Below, one piece after another: positions 45,201 to 58,027 of a stretch of DNA of 64,000 nucleotides. Position numbers and translations under genes: made by a program. How positions within the stretch are numbered: the stretch's first letter is position 1; every line of letters starts with the position of its first letter. The stretch spans positions 22,258,278 to 22,322,277 of the forward strand of contig CM119265.1 in the NCBI GenBank assembly GCA_051294375.1. The letters are read 5' to 3'. Below the pieces are notes generated by a model that was given only the letters and a program-made list of their open reading frames with translations, was not told the origin of the DNA and made no database searches. The stretch is from Paraspadella gotoi. Its lineage: Eukaryota; Animalia; Chaetognatha.

Positions 45201-45991
45201 ATTTAAATTAAAATTTAGATATAGCTTCTTATCAAAAAAGTTCTTTTAAAATCACGTTTTATATTCATTCAAATATTTTTTTCACAATTTTTTTTTAATA
45301 TGATTTACTATAATATATAAATTATAATATTATATAATTATATATACTAATTTGCATATTATAAAAAATAATTTACTTATTGCAATAAATCATAATTTAA
45401 AAAAATTTAAACAAAAAATATTTGAATCCATATGAAACAAAAGATCTTAAGGATGAGAAGCCATATCTAAATTTTAAATTTACTATAATCGCACACTTTT
45501 ATAAAAATCCATCGTAACTTGTAGTATTTATTTAAAAAAAAATTATAAACCCCAGTCAAAACTAAATAAAAAAAAAGCGTGACGCCGATGCAGTCGACGT
45601 CGTCACAAAGAAGCTGAGCCGATCCTAAATCTTACCAAGATGGGCTTAAGCCGTCTGGCGAGATAAAAAACGGTATAGATTTGCTCAGCATGATAACTAT
45701 TTATGAATTTCAAATTTAATTTAAACAAGGTTTTCATCGAATATTTGGAGAAAAAGGAAAGTCGTATCCCTAACTTTCTTTCTCGAGTGGCAATTTTGCA
45801 AGAAGACATGGCCCCATTTTCTGCGGGTGATAGAAATACAACCACCACAAGCAAGCGCGAGGTAGATTTTGGTATGCCCTTTTATAAATTTTCAATTTTT
45901 CATTGTAATTCGTTACATTTATGTTTACCAGGGCGTTTCTCGGGCAGTCGGTACCGCAAGAAGTAAAGGTGCATCCCGTGGAGGGAACTAG
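42280..45991 (+). CDS. FAM47E: FAM47E-like protein, multi-exon
   Basis: Motifs WFKERLRT, WTFVKDGLEDFR, HPLSLLPHLQEGMPPD...VDILDPE, DFCEWV, SLFASGYETKPALSVPIH, RYGAWYL, LHGSKVFIEYL...RIPNFL. Confidence 0.88.
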
Positions 45992-46670
45992 AGACATTTT
46001 CGAACAGGTAATGAGGTAGACGAAAAAATTAAACATGTTTATTACTGATCAAAACTGTTTTTTCAGGAGTGGACAAACCAGAAATACGTCTAATTCAAAA
46101 TATCAGCTCTGTAATTATTTCTCGACGATTACTTAACAAAAATTAATATAATTTATAAAATTTACTAAAATTCTTAAGTGCATGCATTTTATAATTATTA
46201 ACTATATTTAGTATATTTATCATTTTTGGGATTAACACCCTGATTATATGTTTTTAATTCCCCCAAAAATGAGGAAAAGATACGAATGTCCAGTTAGTAA
46301 TAATGCACCAGAATTTGCTGAATGCACGTGACAATATTAATAGATTGATTTATTTGAATGAATTAGGATTCTTGCATCCCATTAAAAAAAAAGTAGGAAG
46401 TCAAAAGCCACTTTTCACTGTAGCTTCTGTATACCAAAGAACTTGCTTATGATTTCATTTCCTTTGACTTCTGTATACCTATATTAATGTTTTCTTGTTA
46501 AATGTTCAAGCCGATTAAAAAACAAACCCAAATATTTCTTTTATTACTTGAATCAACTTTATCAATAAAAAAAAACAAATTTCAGCGGAGTAATTTCAAC
46601 AGTAATTGCTAGTTAGTTAATTCATAGAATTAAGATCACAGATCAAAGCGCTACAAAAAAGACTAAACTA

Positions 46671-49600
46671 CTAATGATAATCAAGCCATACGCCGATACA
46701 GTTGTGTTCCGAATTGAATGGCGTCAAATCAAGATGCTTTTTATGAATGAAGTGGTTATACTGGGCAACTTTTTTGTGCGCTTCGACGTCCTTGAACCTA
46801 AAATGCGTAAAATGATAGTAAATATTAAGTGATTATTTCTAGTGTGCAGTCACCTACTTACCGGATGGCCACTCCTGCACGTGCTCTCCGACATTCGCCC
46901 TGAGAACACCATAACAGCTCGGAAAATCGGTGAAAGTACCTCGCGACTGCTCTCCTTGAAAAAAACTCTGCGTCCATCGTAATTACTAAGTAGGCGATAT
47001 CGCCGTAATCATGATGCCCGACTAATTTTTCTCGCAGAGGTAACTGTGATTGCGGATTTTTTGCTTCTTGCACTAAAACTGTTTTGATGGATTGCGATAC
47101 TAAGCCATTTGCATCAACATACGGCGTAGGACATATTTCATTCAAGTTCCCGATTAACGGTTTCGGCGAGGTCACGGCATCGAAAAGAGGTTCAGTCTTA
47201 AAAGGTACCGCGTCGCGAAGAATCGTGCATTTGACTGTAGTCATCGTAGCTGTAACAGGTGGATCAACGGAAGGAGTTTCTTCTTCTTCTGTTTTAATAT
47301 AAACCCCACAGGAATTGGCGTCTGGATATTTTATTGGGCGGTAAATACTGTTTATTCCGTAGTTAAACGAGTCCAAATTCGTTTCTCTCTCTTCCCTGCT
47401 CATCTGCTCGCCGAGCGAACTGATAAGTCCTTGAACTCGAAAGCCTGGGCCTTCATAACCGGCGAAATCCACATCCTCGTCGCTTAGATTCACCGAGGGC
47501 GTCATTCCGTCATCATCCATTATTTTAACTATCAACGGTAAATTTTCGCGCTGGATTGCGCCGGCAGTCACCGCTCGTACCCTTCTAAACGCGACAAGCT
47601 GGTCTCCGCAAAAGAGACGAGTTTTGATTGAAAGTAACAGTTCGACTGTCTCTGGCATCTGGAAAGTGGCCAGCATCACCGGACCATCACGCGTGTTGTT
47701 CAATTTTATGAGAGAAACACGTCCTGGCTGATCTTTCTCTCCCGCCATAGCTACTCGAATAGCACCGGTAAACAACAGACGTTCCCGAATTTCATGGTCG
47801 CACGACACAGGCGAACCTGGCCTCTCTTCCGAATCCATAAATTGGCTCCAGGTGACAGCAACACTACAGAGATCCAGTCGTTGAACCGGAAACACGGCGG
47901 ACGACGAGAGTGCGATCTCGTAACCCCGGCTGGTCATTCCGGTCAAGAAACACGAGGGGCCCACGCGTTGCACTTCCTTGAAATCCAAATCATCGAGATG
48001 GTCGATTTTCAGATCATCGGTCAGCGCCTCGGGACTCTCATTTTCTGTCTTCGAGAGGACAAACAACTGTCGTCTTCGGGCCATAGGACAATGAGACGTG
48101 TCCCTGGCCAGCGCGACCTTGACATTCTGTACATAAACAGTTTCGAGGGAAGCCTTTAATTTGTTCACAAGAATTCCTAAACGGTGCCACTGTTTATTCT
48201 CAAAATTGACAGCTTTCGATCGGACACGATGAAACTCTTTCCTTACGTCGTATATTTTCTCGGTGGCGGCACTTCGGAATTCTTCGGCCCTTTGCTTCTC
48301 GACGGAACTCTGGTTCGGCAGGCACGCCCTTCGCTGGACTAATTCTAACTCGACTCTCGCCGCCAAAAGCTTGTGATAAACCTTCTTCAGTTGCTTTAAC
48401 TCCATAGGCAATTCGGAATCGGGGATTTGAGCGATAGCAGGGCTCGGTTCGTCCTCGATGAAGATCGTTTCTTGATCGAGGTGAGGGGTTTCCAATATCA
48501 TGCAGTCAGACTCTTCGTTGCGCTGTTGCGATTCATTTTCGGTGTTCATAGCAATTTCCATAAGCGGCTGAGAACTTCGTTCATTTCGGGACGTTTGATT
48601 AGAAATTCCTGATTCGCCCGGCACAGTTTCATTGATCAAAGGTGAAAGTCTTTGATTTTTTCGTGAGTCTCCCCAACCACTCTGTTTCCTCGAGTCATGA
48701 TCCACGACCACCTGTAATTCCGTCATCTTTCTACCCATTCTCTCATCCTTCGCTTCCTTTGAGGTAGCGATTTCTGTTACGGCCGTTGAAGATGCGGGCC
48801 ACCCATCAATTTTTGAAAGTTCGCCGATGTTACGTGCAAACAAGGATCTTGATATCCGTGGACGACGACTTTCGTCTCGATCGTCGAAGTCGTTAAAAAA
48901 CGGGTGATGCCCGTCTTCTCCCAACCGATCATCGATCTCAATTTCCTCCCATTCCCCGCCATCGAAATCGTCCCTCCTCGTTCTTCGCTTGTTTCCGAAT
49001 TCGCGCAGAACCCGGTTTTTATCATCGCGCGACTCATTAGATCGATTAACGGGCACACGCCCGTCTCGATCCTGGTAATCTACTTCCTCGCCCTTCCTCC
49101 CTTGCCTAGCTTTCTTCTTTGATTTCTTCGATTTTTTCTTTGATTTTTTATTATCTTTCGACATCCCTGGGTCTTTCTGGGTGACGGTCATCTCGGTCCG
49201 GCCTTCTTTAGAAGATTCGACGGTAATGGTTGAGGGTTGAGAGGCCATTTTGGTGACCAGAGTCACCTGCAGATTTTCCATACTCTTCGGCTCCGTCTTT
49301 TGTTCTCCGGATAATCTCCGTCGAAGACTTTCTTCTTCGCTCTCCGAACTATAGTTCGCCCTTTCTCGCTGCGGACGCCAATGACCAGTTTTGTAGTCGT
49401 AGAAGCTGTCGTTGCTGCTTCGTCGACTGGTGCGATAATGATCCATCCTCCTCGGCGGATAACGGTTCGGCGAAGAAGGCGAGACGTAGCCTCGACCGCC
49501 GTGACGACGACGACGCCACTGAAAGTTAGAGACGCTCTCAGAACTGGAGACGGGCGACGTTTCCCGGGTCCGAGGCCGCTTCCTCCGCCACGATGAACCA

Positions 49601-51911
49601 GGACTCGGTGACGGAGAATGACCTTGTGACGAAACCAATTCTCCGGATTCGAGTTCTTGCGACGAAGATGACCGGCCTGCGTCGCCTTTTGATACACTGG
49701 GTCGCCGATGGGATGATGGAAGCGGGGAAATATCAGGGGACGATCGTCGATAACGTCGGTGAGAGGGAGAGTCTTTCCGACGATTGGAATCCTTTTTCCT
49801 GCGTTGCTTTATTACGGCAAATGCATGCCGAATGGACCCTTGAGGAGAAAGGCGGGAATGTGAACCACGAATTTGAGTTTCACGGGAATAACGGAAGGGA
49901 GAACGACTGGAAGAACGCCGGGAAGGAGAACGCCGGGAATGAGAACGCCGGGAAGGAGAACGACGGGATAAAATATCACCGGAGGGAGAATGGCCTGAGG
50001 GAGAACGGCGAGATGGAGGATGATCCCATGGCGAACGACGTGAAAAATTATCAGAGGGTGGAGACTGTTGGGATTTATAATTATAGTAAGTCGAATGATG
50101 GGAATTAGAACGATGCGTCGGAGAACGATCAGATGAGCGACGGGATGTGGACCGATTTATTGGAGAATTAGTGGGAGTAGAATCGGAGGTTGGAGAATCA
50201 TAATAGATGGAAGATGAGAGAGTGCCATTGTTAGCTTTAAGACTCATCGGCGTAGGCGAAGGCGGGCGGTAGCGGATTTGAGAAGGGGAATTTCTTAGGT
50301 AATGATTATGTGTGGGAGAGTGACGTGAAGTAGAAACGGTGGATATTTTATCTTTTTCGGCAGGTTGCAGATCCTCGACCGAGATTGAATTCAACGACGT
50401 TTTCGAGGAATCCTTAACAACAGTCGTGCTCTCTTTGATTTTCTTGCAAAATTTAATCGAGTGTGATGAGCTTTTGATAAGCGGCGTCGCACTTTTTGGA
50501 GCGGCGGTGCGATTTGTTGTCTTTTTCGGGGAGAGAGATTTTGAAATGGCCGTCGACGTCGTTTTTGTAGTGGTAGAGTTTAACGAGGATGGAGATGTAG
50601 GTGCAGACGTTGTAGAGGACGGAGTCATTGTAGTCGTCGAAGATGTCTTCGTCGTCATTGCCACGTTCGCATTCTGATCCACCGTTTGCGAGTCAGAAGT
50701 GACAGACGTTGACTTCATTGCCGCCTTCGTAACGAGATCCCCGAACTGAGAGTCAGCTGTAAACTCTGATTCGATTTCGACAATCTTGGGCGTAGTGTTA
50801 TCGTCTCCAGGTGGCGCAGGGTCTTGGGATTCCTCAGTTTGGACCGAGTCTTTGCTCTGCGAAGCTTCGACTTTTTCATGAGGCGGCGCGTTGTCAGCTT
50901 CCCCCGTTAAATCGTTGAAGAAGCGATATATTGAGCTGGTGCTCTTCTGCGGTTGAGTAGGAGGCGCGTTCGCCAGAGTGTGATTTGTTGACGACTCCGA
51001 TGAAATATTCGTCACTAAAATAAAATTATAAATCAAACTAAAAAGGGAAACTGGCGAAAATTTTTTTTTTTGTAAATACGTTAAATTAGTACCTTTCTCT
51101 TCCTTTAAATATTTAAAAAAAGTTTGTTTTGGTTACAAAAGTAAGATTAAGATTTTTTTTTTAAATTATAAATTAGAAGAGATTGAAATTAATTTTCAAC
51201 AACGGTTTATTTCATTAATAACGGACATGTTTTTTTAGCGCTGATGAAGGCTTGTAGCTAAGCCGAAACATGTCCGTTATTAATGAAATGAACCGTTGTT
51301 GAAATACTGCTAATAATAAAATATATAAAAACAAAGATTTTTTAAAAAAATTACAGGAATAACTAAAATAATTAAAATTAAAAAATGACTCGAAAAGTAA
51401 TTCGGTTAAAAATAGTAAAAATGAATATCCTGCAAACCATAGCTGTTATATTATTTATGTTAAATCAATCACCAGAAGCGACCGGCGGCAAGAAAGAAGC
51501 AGAAGGCGCGGGCAAAAACCCGAGAGGAAACGTCCCGAGCGGGAGTCCGAATCCCGCCAAATGAGCGGGGAATGGTAAGAAAGGCCGAGTTGGGATGTGC
51601 GGATGAGCTATGCTGCCCGAAAGTGGCGAAGGCATTTGAAACGGCGTCGAAGGCATTTGAAACGGCGTCGAAGGCACTTGAGGTGAGGCAATCGAGTTGG
51701 AGATGGACAACGGCAAGGGGGCGATCTGCTGCCCAACGCCCGGAGGGCCAACGCCCGGAGGGCCGACGTCATTGTAACTGGCGATCGTCGAAGTCGGCGG
51801 CGCCTGGCAAATCCCAACGACGCCGGGGATTGGGATGGAAACGGCGATTGGCTGCACGTAAATGTTATTCTGTTGAATGTAAAGGTTTTGACTAGGGGGT
51901 CTCTGGGCCAT
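46671..51911 (-). CDS. Large (~1570 aa) Pro-rich and Ser/Arg-rich protein with putative degenerate RRM-like domains (exons 51911-51473, 51014-46862, ~46797-46671)
   Basis: A 4.1-kb open exon joins the flanking exons in frame via GT-AG. It has SRRSP repeats, a coiled coil, and C-terminal segments with RRM-like beta/alpha patterning. Confidence 0.8.
51194..51304 (+). mobile_element. Penelope-like retroelement pseudo-LTR remnant with inverted partial copy
   Basis: 39-bp inverted repeat (51194-51232 vs 51266-51304, one mismatch) enclosing the hammerhead core. Confidence 0.7.
51236..51279 (+). ncRNA. Minimal type I hammerhead ribozyme (Penelope-like element type)
   Basis: TAGCG-CTGATGA-A-GGCTT(gtagct)AAGCC-GAAA-CATGTC-CGTTA. 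The core is intact, stem I is UAGCG/CGUUA, stem II is 5 bp, helix III is the palindrome ACAUGU, and the GUC cleavage site falls after 51274. Confidence 0.85.
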
Positions 51912-52260
51912 GACTTTTTGACGACGTGACGGGGCATTTGAAACCAAAGTCTTTATCTCCCAAACACTCACTTTCTCCCACCGCCTCTCGAAAGGTAAAC
52001 TGGAGCTGCAGCGGGAATGGAATAAATTAAATAATATAAGCTAAAATAACGGCGATAAAGTCCGATTGAATAAATAATGAGATTCAACAGCGAATAAAAG
52101 AAAAAAACAAAAACACGAGAGAAAATGTTTTAATCAACTTGTTTTCCTCTCGGGAACAAGGAGAGGGACTAGTAAAAATTAAAATCCAATGACAATTGAT
52201 TGAATCCAAACGACAAAGATAATAATAAAAAGCGTAATAATAATAACAACAAAAAAAATA

Positions 52261-54292
52261 TCATATGATCCTGTTGGCGGCGTTGTGCGTCAAGACGTGT
52301 TTCTTTAATCGCCCAGATTCTCGACAGGAATACTGGCAGAAAGGGCATTTAAAGGGTTTTTCTCCCGTGTGCGTCATCAAATGTTTCTTCAGATCGCCGC
52401 AGGTTGTGCAGCAATAGCTGCATAGGTGACACTTGTACGGTTTCTCCCCGGTGTGCGTGAGGACGTGCTTCTTAAGTCGGCCGGATTCACGGCAAGAATA
52501 CGAACACGTCGTACACTTGAACGGCTTCTCGCCTGTGTGCGTGAGTATGTGCTTCTTCAAATCTCCGCGAGTGGCACTAGAGTAGCTACAGGAGGCGCAC
52601 TTAAAAGGTTTCAGCCCCGTGTGAGTGGAAGAGTGGATCTTGAGTCGTCCGGCTTCGCGGCAGGTGTACGGGCAGTAAGAACACTTGTAAGGCTTAACCT
52701 CCGTGTGGGTGAGAAGGTGCTTCTTGAAACGGAACGACTGCTTGCAAGTATAGCTGCAGGTTGTGCACATGAAGACCTTCTCGTCGGCGTGTCGCGAGTT
52801 GTGGGATCGCAGATTGTCGAGAGACTCAAACGACTGGCCACAGGATCGGCACGTCAGCGAACTCGCGTACGAAGACTCCGAAGACGAATGCCGTCGCCAA
52901 TCGACCAACGGTTTCTTTTTGACAGCGACGGGTCGCAGACGAGGCGCGGACCGCGCCCGATCAAGCAGCGCCTCCCAATCGATGTATCCCTTGTCTCTCT
53001 CCAGCACCTTGACGTCATGGTGAACGTCGTTGGCGCCTCGTCGCTCGTACACCGCCTCCACCTGACGCCAATCATCATCCCCCTCTTCTTCGGCGCCCTC
53101 ATCATCTTCGAGAAAAAACTGTTTGCTAAGGTCGAAGACTCTATAGGAGTTTTGCGCTGATGAGTAAGGGGCGTGGAGTGGAGGGAAAGGGGTCTGGAGC
53201 GGGGAGCAAGGAGCCGGACCGAGAGGGGAACGAGGAACGAGGAGCGGTGGCTCTTTAGAGTTTGAAGAGCACTGAGGCGGGATATCGATGTTGGTAGAAC
53301 AAGTGGATAAAACTTCACGAGGCAAATTCTCAGTCGGCGTTAGTGGTGATTCCGGCTTGATGAATCTGTAAAAATAAAAACCAGGAAACTAATAAAGCGA
53401 GATAACATTTTTTCCCAAAAAGTCTCTGATCATAGCACTCAACTGGCAGGAAAGGGCAGACCGACGGGAACGACGACATTATCGTCGACGTTCTCGACTT
53501 CGTCGTCGGAAGAAGCGGAGGCTTCGTTGTTTTCTTCGGCGGCGTCGTCGTCAACGTCCACAGCGGCCAACGCGACGGGTTCCGGTTCAGCCTCATCCAC
53601 GTCGCAAACGACGACAGGGTCAACGCCGACCACAGCTTCGGTCTCGTCGAAGTCGTGAGTCTCCAGCCCAGGATCATCGACGAACCGCTCAGAAGTGTCC
53701 GGATCAGATCCTTCGATAAAGCGTGGCGTGGCGTGAGGGTCGGACTCTTCGGCAAAAGGCTCGGCTGTATCCATGGCGTCGTCGGCTTCGTCGCAGAATC
53801 CTTCGAGGACTCCGCAATCGTCTTCGTTGACGTCGTCAGCGTCGACAACATCCCCTTCAAAAGGTTCGACGTCTTCTTCGGCGACGTCCTCGATATCGCC
53901 GTCGTCTAAAGGCGAAAGCGGAAGAGGGACAGATTCGCAAAACTGATCGGGTCCGGAATTGTCGTCGGTGAAATCCTCGAGGTCGTCTGCGAAAGCCTCG
54001 TCGACGTCGACAGCAGTCATCTGTTTATGAAAACAATGAGGTGCATGCTTTTAAAACAATATAATATGAGCTTAACTTCAAATAATAAAACCTCATCTAC
54101 GACTCCGACGCATTCATCGAAACGGGCTTGGTCGTTCTCCGCCTCGTCATCTTCATAATCCACCGGTTCCATCTTCATCGGTTGAAGTATGATGCTGTTG
54201 GAGCCGAAGTCCATCCGCAGGTCCACGCATTCCGACAACTCCTCGCTCTCCAGGAACGACTGAGTCTTCAGGAAAAGTGCGCTCAGGGACAT
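52261..54292 (-). CDS. C2H2 zinc-finger protein (7 fingers) with acidic N-terminus; probably 3 coding exons
   Basis: Seven CxxC...HxxxH fingers with TGEKP-type linkers. Upstream acidic exons are 54292-54092 and 54020-~53443. The junction into the finger exon is ambiguous. Confidence 0.85.
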
Positions 54293-54630
54293 CTCGATAT
54301 ATAGCTCGTCAGTGATTAAAAGGTTTTGATCATTTTCGGGGAGAATTACCTCAACCACAATAGGACAGTTTTGACTTGTACGTATTTAAACCTCCGTCAC
54401 CGGACTCGAAACTAGTTTAAATGAAAAAAAAAGTCTGACAAAAATGTTGAACAAAAGAAAATAAGCGAATAACTTAACGATGCGACCAACGTTACTTGGT
54501 ACCAAATTAACTAAAAGTGAGCGAGATCCGTAATAAAACTTTCACAAAAATCGATGTTTCGAATAAAAAGTATTTATAAAAGATGATTGACTGAGATGAT
54601 AGGATGCAAGGAAGCTCGAACACGCGCGCC

Positions 54631-56238
54631 TTATGGTTTTTTGTTTTTTTTCTTTTCAATATTATCGACGGCGATGCTGAGCTTCCTCCTGTACTCCTCG
54701 TGTTTGTCCTTGAGCGCCACCACGAGTTTCCCGTCGACCATCTGACGAATCTTGTTGAGGTCGTAATCGTAAACGATTTGCGCCCCGTCCAACGTCGTCA
54801 TCCTTCCGCCGAGGGATTCGATAAGAGCATTTCCCGCGCAAATGTCCCATTTCTGCGATATATACAAAGATAACTAACCGTTAAACTTGACGGAACCTTT
54901 CGACCGATTCCCGCAAGCCTACTTTGATGCGTGTGTGATGATAATACAAATCGGCCCTCTTCTCCACAATGGCCAAGACTTTGTAGCCGGCGCCGCCAGC
55001 CTTGATGAGCGCAGTCCGATTGCCGAAGGTCTCGTCGACGACGGCTTTGACCTGACCCGCGTGGGAGAGGGAGACTATGACAGTGGGAGAGTCGCGGTCC
55101 GGTAAGGTCGACGGAACGATGTCAGAGTTTTTCGTTCTCCCGTCGGCCGCAGCGGTGGATTCGTCGTCGGCCACGCGAAAGTTGACGCCGTGGCCGACCC
55201 AGCCCCAAAAAGTTTGTCCCGAGGCTCCGTCGATTTTGGGCGAGGCGACCCCGGCCCCGGCGCCGTGGGAATTTTCCGGGGTCGAGGTCTCAGCTTTGGG
55301 CGGCTCCTCGGGTGCGGGTGGGGGATCGACAAAGGGCTGGTGGACGACCCCGATGACGGGGCGACCGTGGACAGCCACGCAGATCATGACCGTCACGAAT
55401 TTGTTGTATTCTTTCCGCATTTCGCTGTCGATTCAAGGGTCGAGAATACAGTTCATTCATATATATATATATATAGAATATAAAACGGACAAAAAAATAA
55501 TTACCTGTATTCTTGAGTGGCGTCGAGGGGATCGATCCAGACCGTGACGGCGCTCATCGCCACCTTCTCGTCGCTCATCTCCCCCACTTGCGCCAAATTC
55601 TTCGTCGGCATCGGAATGGCGTTGAAATCCGGCGGCTTGATATCGTGTTCTTCCGATATCAAGTGAAGTCCTAAGAAAATTAATTGAAATTAAACCCGAT
55701 CATTGTAATAATCGTCAAAAGAGAATATATCTCACCGGGAAATGCCTTATTGAAGCCGTAGACGATGGCTCGATGCGAATTAATGTCCCCTTCGGTGATT
55801 AGCTCCTTGGCCCCTTCTTTTGTCAGACCTTTGGAATTGGCCTTCATTCCCTTCCTGCTTTCGGGACCGTGAGCGGAGTCCGCCGACGCCAACGACTCGG
55901 CCAGTTTCTTAAACTCTCCCTCTTGGATTTTTCGGACGCGAGAGCCGCCGAGTCTCGCCAAGTCGATGCTCACCGAGAGAAGTTCTTTCAGACTCACCTG
56001 CACCATGGAGAGAAGGCGGCGTTTAGTTTTTGTTATGATTAATCAAATCAGAGAAATGTCTTTGAGATTTCGAGTCAAAACCCACCTGGGGATCGGATCT
56101 CCACCATTTGGGATTGGAATTAACGTAAAAGATGAAGACGAGGACTCCGACGAAGAGTATGAGTAGCCCGGTGGGGTTGGGACGGATGGTGGCTCCGCCG
56201 AACGCCATCTTTCCCAAGGACGATGAAAAAGAAGTCAT
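54631..56238 (-). CDS. BPNT2: Golgi-resident PAP phosphatase (gPAPP; IMPAD1/BPNT2)
   Basis: N-terminal signal anchor, then VSLKELLSVSI, SKGLTKEG, SEEHD, VTVWIDPLDATQEY, VTVMICVAVHGRPVIGV, SHAG, AGGAGYKVL, KKWDICAGNA. The start may be the second Met (MAFGG). Confidence 0.95.
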
Positions 56239-58027
56239 CCGAACTCTTACGCTTTTTTTTACATTTAAATATTCTCGTTCGTTGTTTTACGCTTTAACGA
56301 AAGTTTTTCTCGACAAAGTTTTTCGGAGGTTCTCCCCTGGGTGCTAATAAGAAAACTTTTTTTTCTCCGAGCAGTTAAATTTTCATTACCTCGAATCTGG
56401 TTTTACTTTCATAGTTTTTGGGAGCTTTCGGCGCAGGCGACAAACAAGTAGGGGCAAGGGACGATACGGCGTTGTCTTTAACAGGGCTTTTTATTTTTTC
56501 TACCTCAGAACCGTAGGACGACATGACTTCTAGACAGTAAATAAAAAGTTAGAATAACAAATCTAACAAATTGGGAGAAAAAGGAATATGACATCGCATT
56601 CACTCGATTAGCTGACTCGAAAATAATGCCGAAAATCGAGCGTAAAAAATATAACGCGAAATATAACAAAATTTACAGCTCGCAACGCGTTAGATAATTA
56701 TTTAGTGCTTCAGATTTAAGGACTTTTCCTGAGTAAAACCTTGTTTTGAATTACTGCTGATTGGTTACGTAGCTTAAAGTACATCATAATGTCTCATTTA
56801 CAAGCACCTTTTTAAATTAACAATTTATTAACAAAAAATGTGAGTGGCCTTTGAAGCACATCTTATAAATTAATAAAGCAAATAAATCTTAAATTTTTGA
56901 AGAACCAAATTGTTACAAAAATTTGAAAAATTTTCTTTCCCCTGGAGTACAATCTCGATGATTTTTGTCTAAATGCAAAAGTTTCATCTGTTGTATGAAA
57001 AATGTTTATTTAAATATTCAACAGATGCCCACTCGAATCTTCGAATAATTTTTATTTGTATTAAGCATTCAAAGCGGAACTTTGTAAATCTGATACAAAC
57101 TGGCTTTTTATGAGGAGGAGCTGTTAAGAAAAAACCATATTCGTTATAAAATTATAAATCCACTAGAAATGAACCTCAAAAACATTAAAAACAGTAAAAT
57201 CTCCCTTAAAGAAAAAAAAATTGGGGTAAAGAATAGGCTATCACTACTGAGGTTTAAATGAGTGTTTTAAATCACCCTTTATACTTATTACATGGGGAAT
57301 TATTCTTTATATATCTCATGGAATTTTGACAAGGTATTAAGCCTCAATTAGTTTCAGAATGCAAGCTTATTGTTATATAACTTATCAGAGAGCAACTATG
57401 GTATGTCGTTATAGAGGAACCCTAATCAGGCATGATAGAACTATATATCAGGCAACTAAAATTATAAAACGTTTCAGCAGTCATAGTAAAGAGTTCACAA
57501 TAAAGAAAAGAATAATATATTATCGTAAGTCTTCAACATGATCATCAAAGGAATGAAAATATTTGCAAGTTAAAAGCAACATCTGAACATAACAGACATG
57601 AAAAGCAACAATAGTCACCTAAACCAACCGAAAAGCTGAAATTTAGTAGGCCTCGAGTAACATGATTTGAAGAGAAAAAATCGATGCGAACATGTATATC
57701 ACAACATTAACTTTATTTGGTAGAAAAGCCCTTCGGCTATGGGCCCTATTATGAACTAGAATTACAAAGAGATCGTATATATACGTATAGTATTAATAAT
57801 TTTCATGATTTAAGAACGTCCGGACCGGTTGTTTACGAATTGGCCCATAGAAAAAACTATTAATCATAAAACTATTTCGTTAACCTCCTATAAGTTATAA
57901 GAGGAATGACAAAATCTTGTCGAAATAATTTTAAATAGATTTTGTGAGAGAGACAATTTTTACTTATTATTTAAAAATATTTCCATCCACTTCAATTTTT
58001 AAGTCTCCAACCCTCTCCGTTTCGTCA

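Noticed and set aside
53157-53180. CTGATGA hammerhead-like core
   Set aside because: No stem II or GAAA follows, and it lies within the zinc-finger CDS.
57725-57755. Possible decayed antisense hammerhead (similar motif near 58950-58972)
   Set aside because: Core nucleotides are not conserved; too short and degenerate to support.
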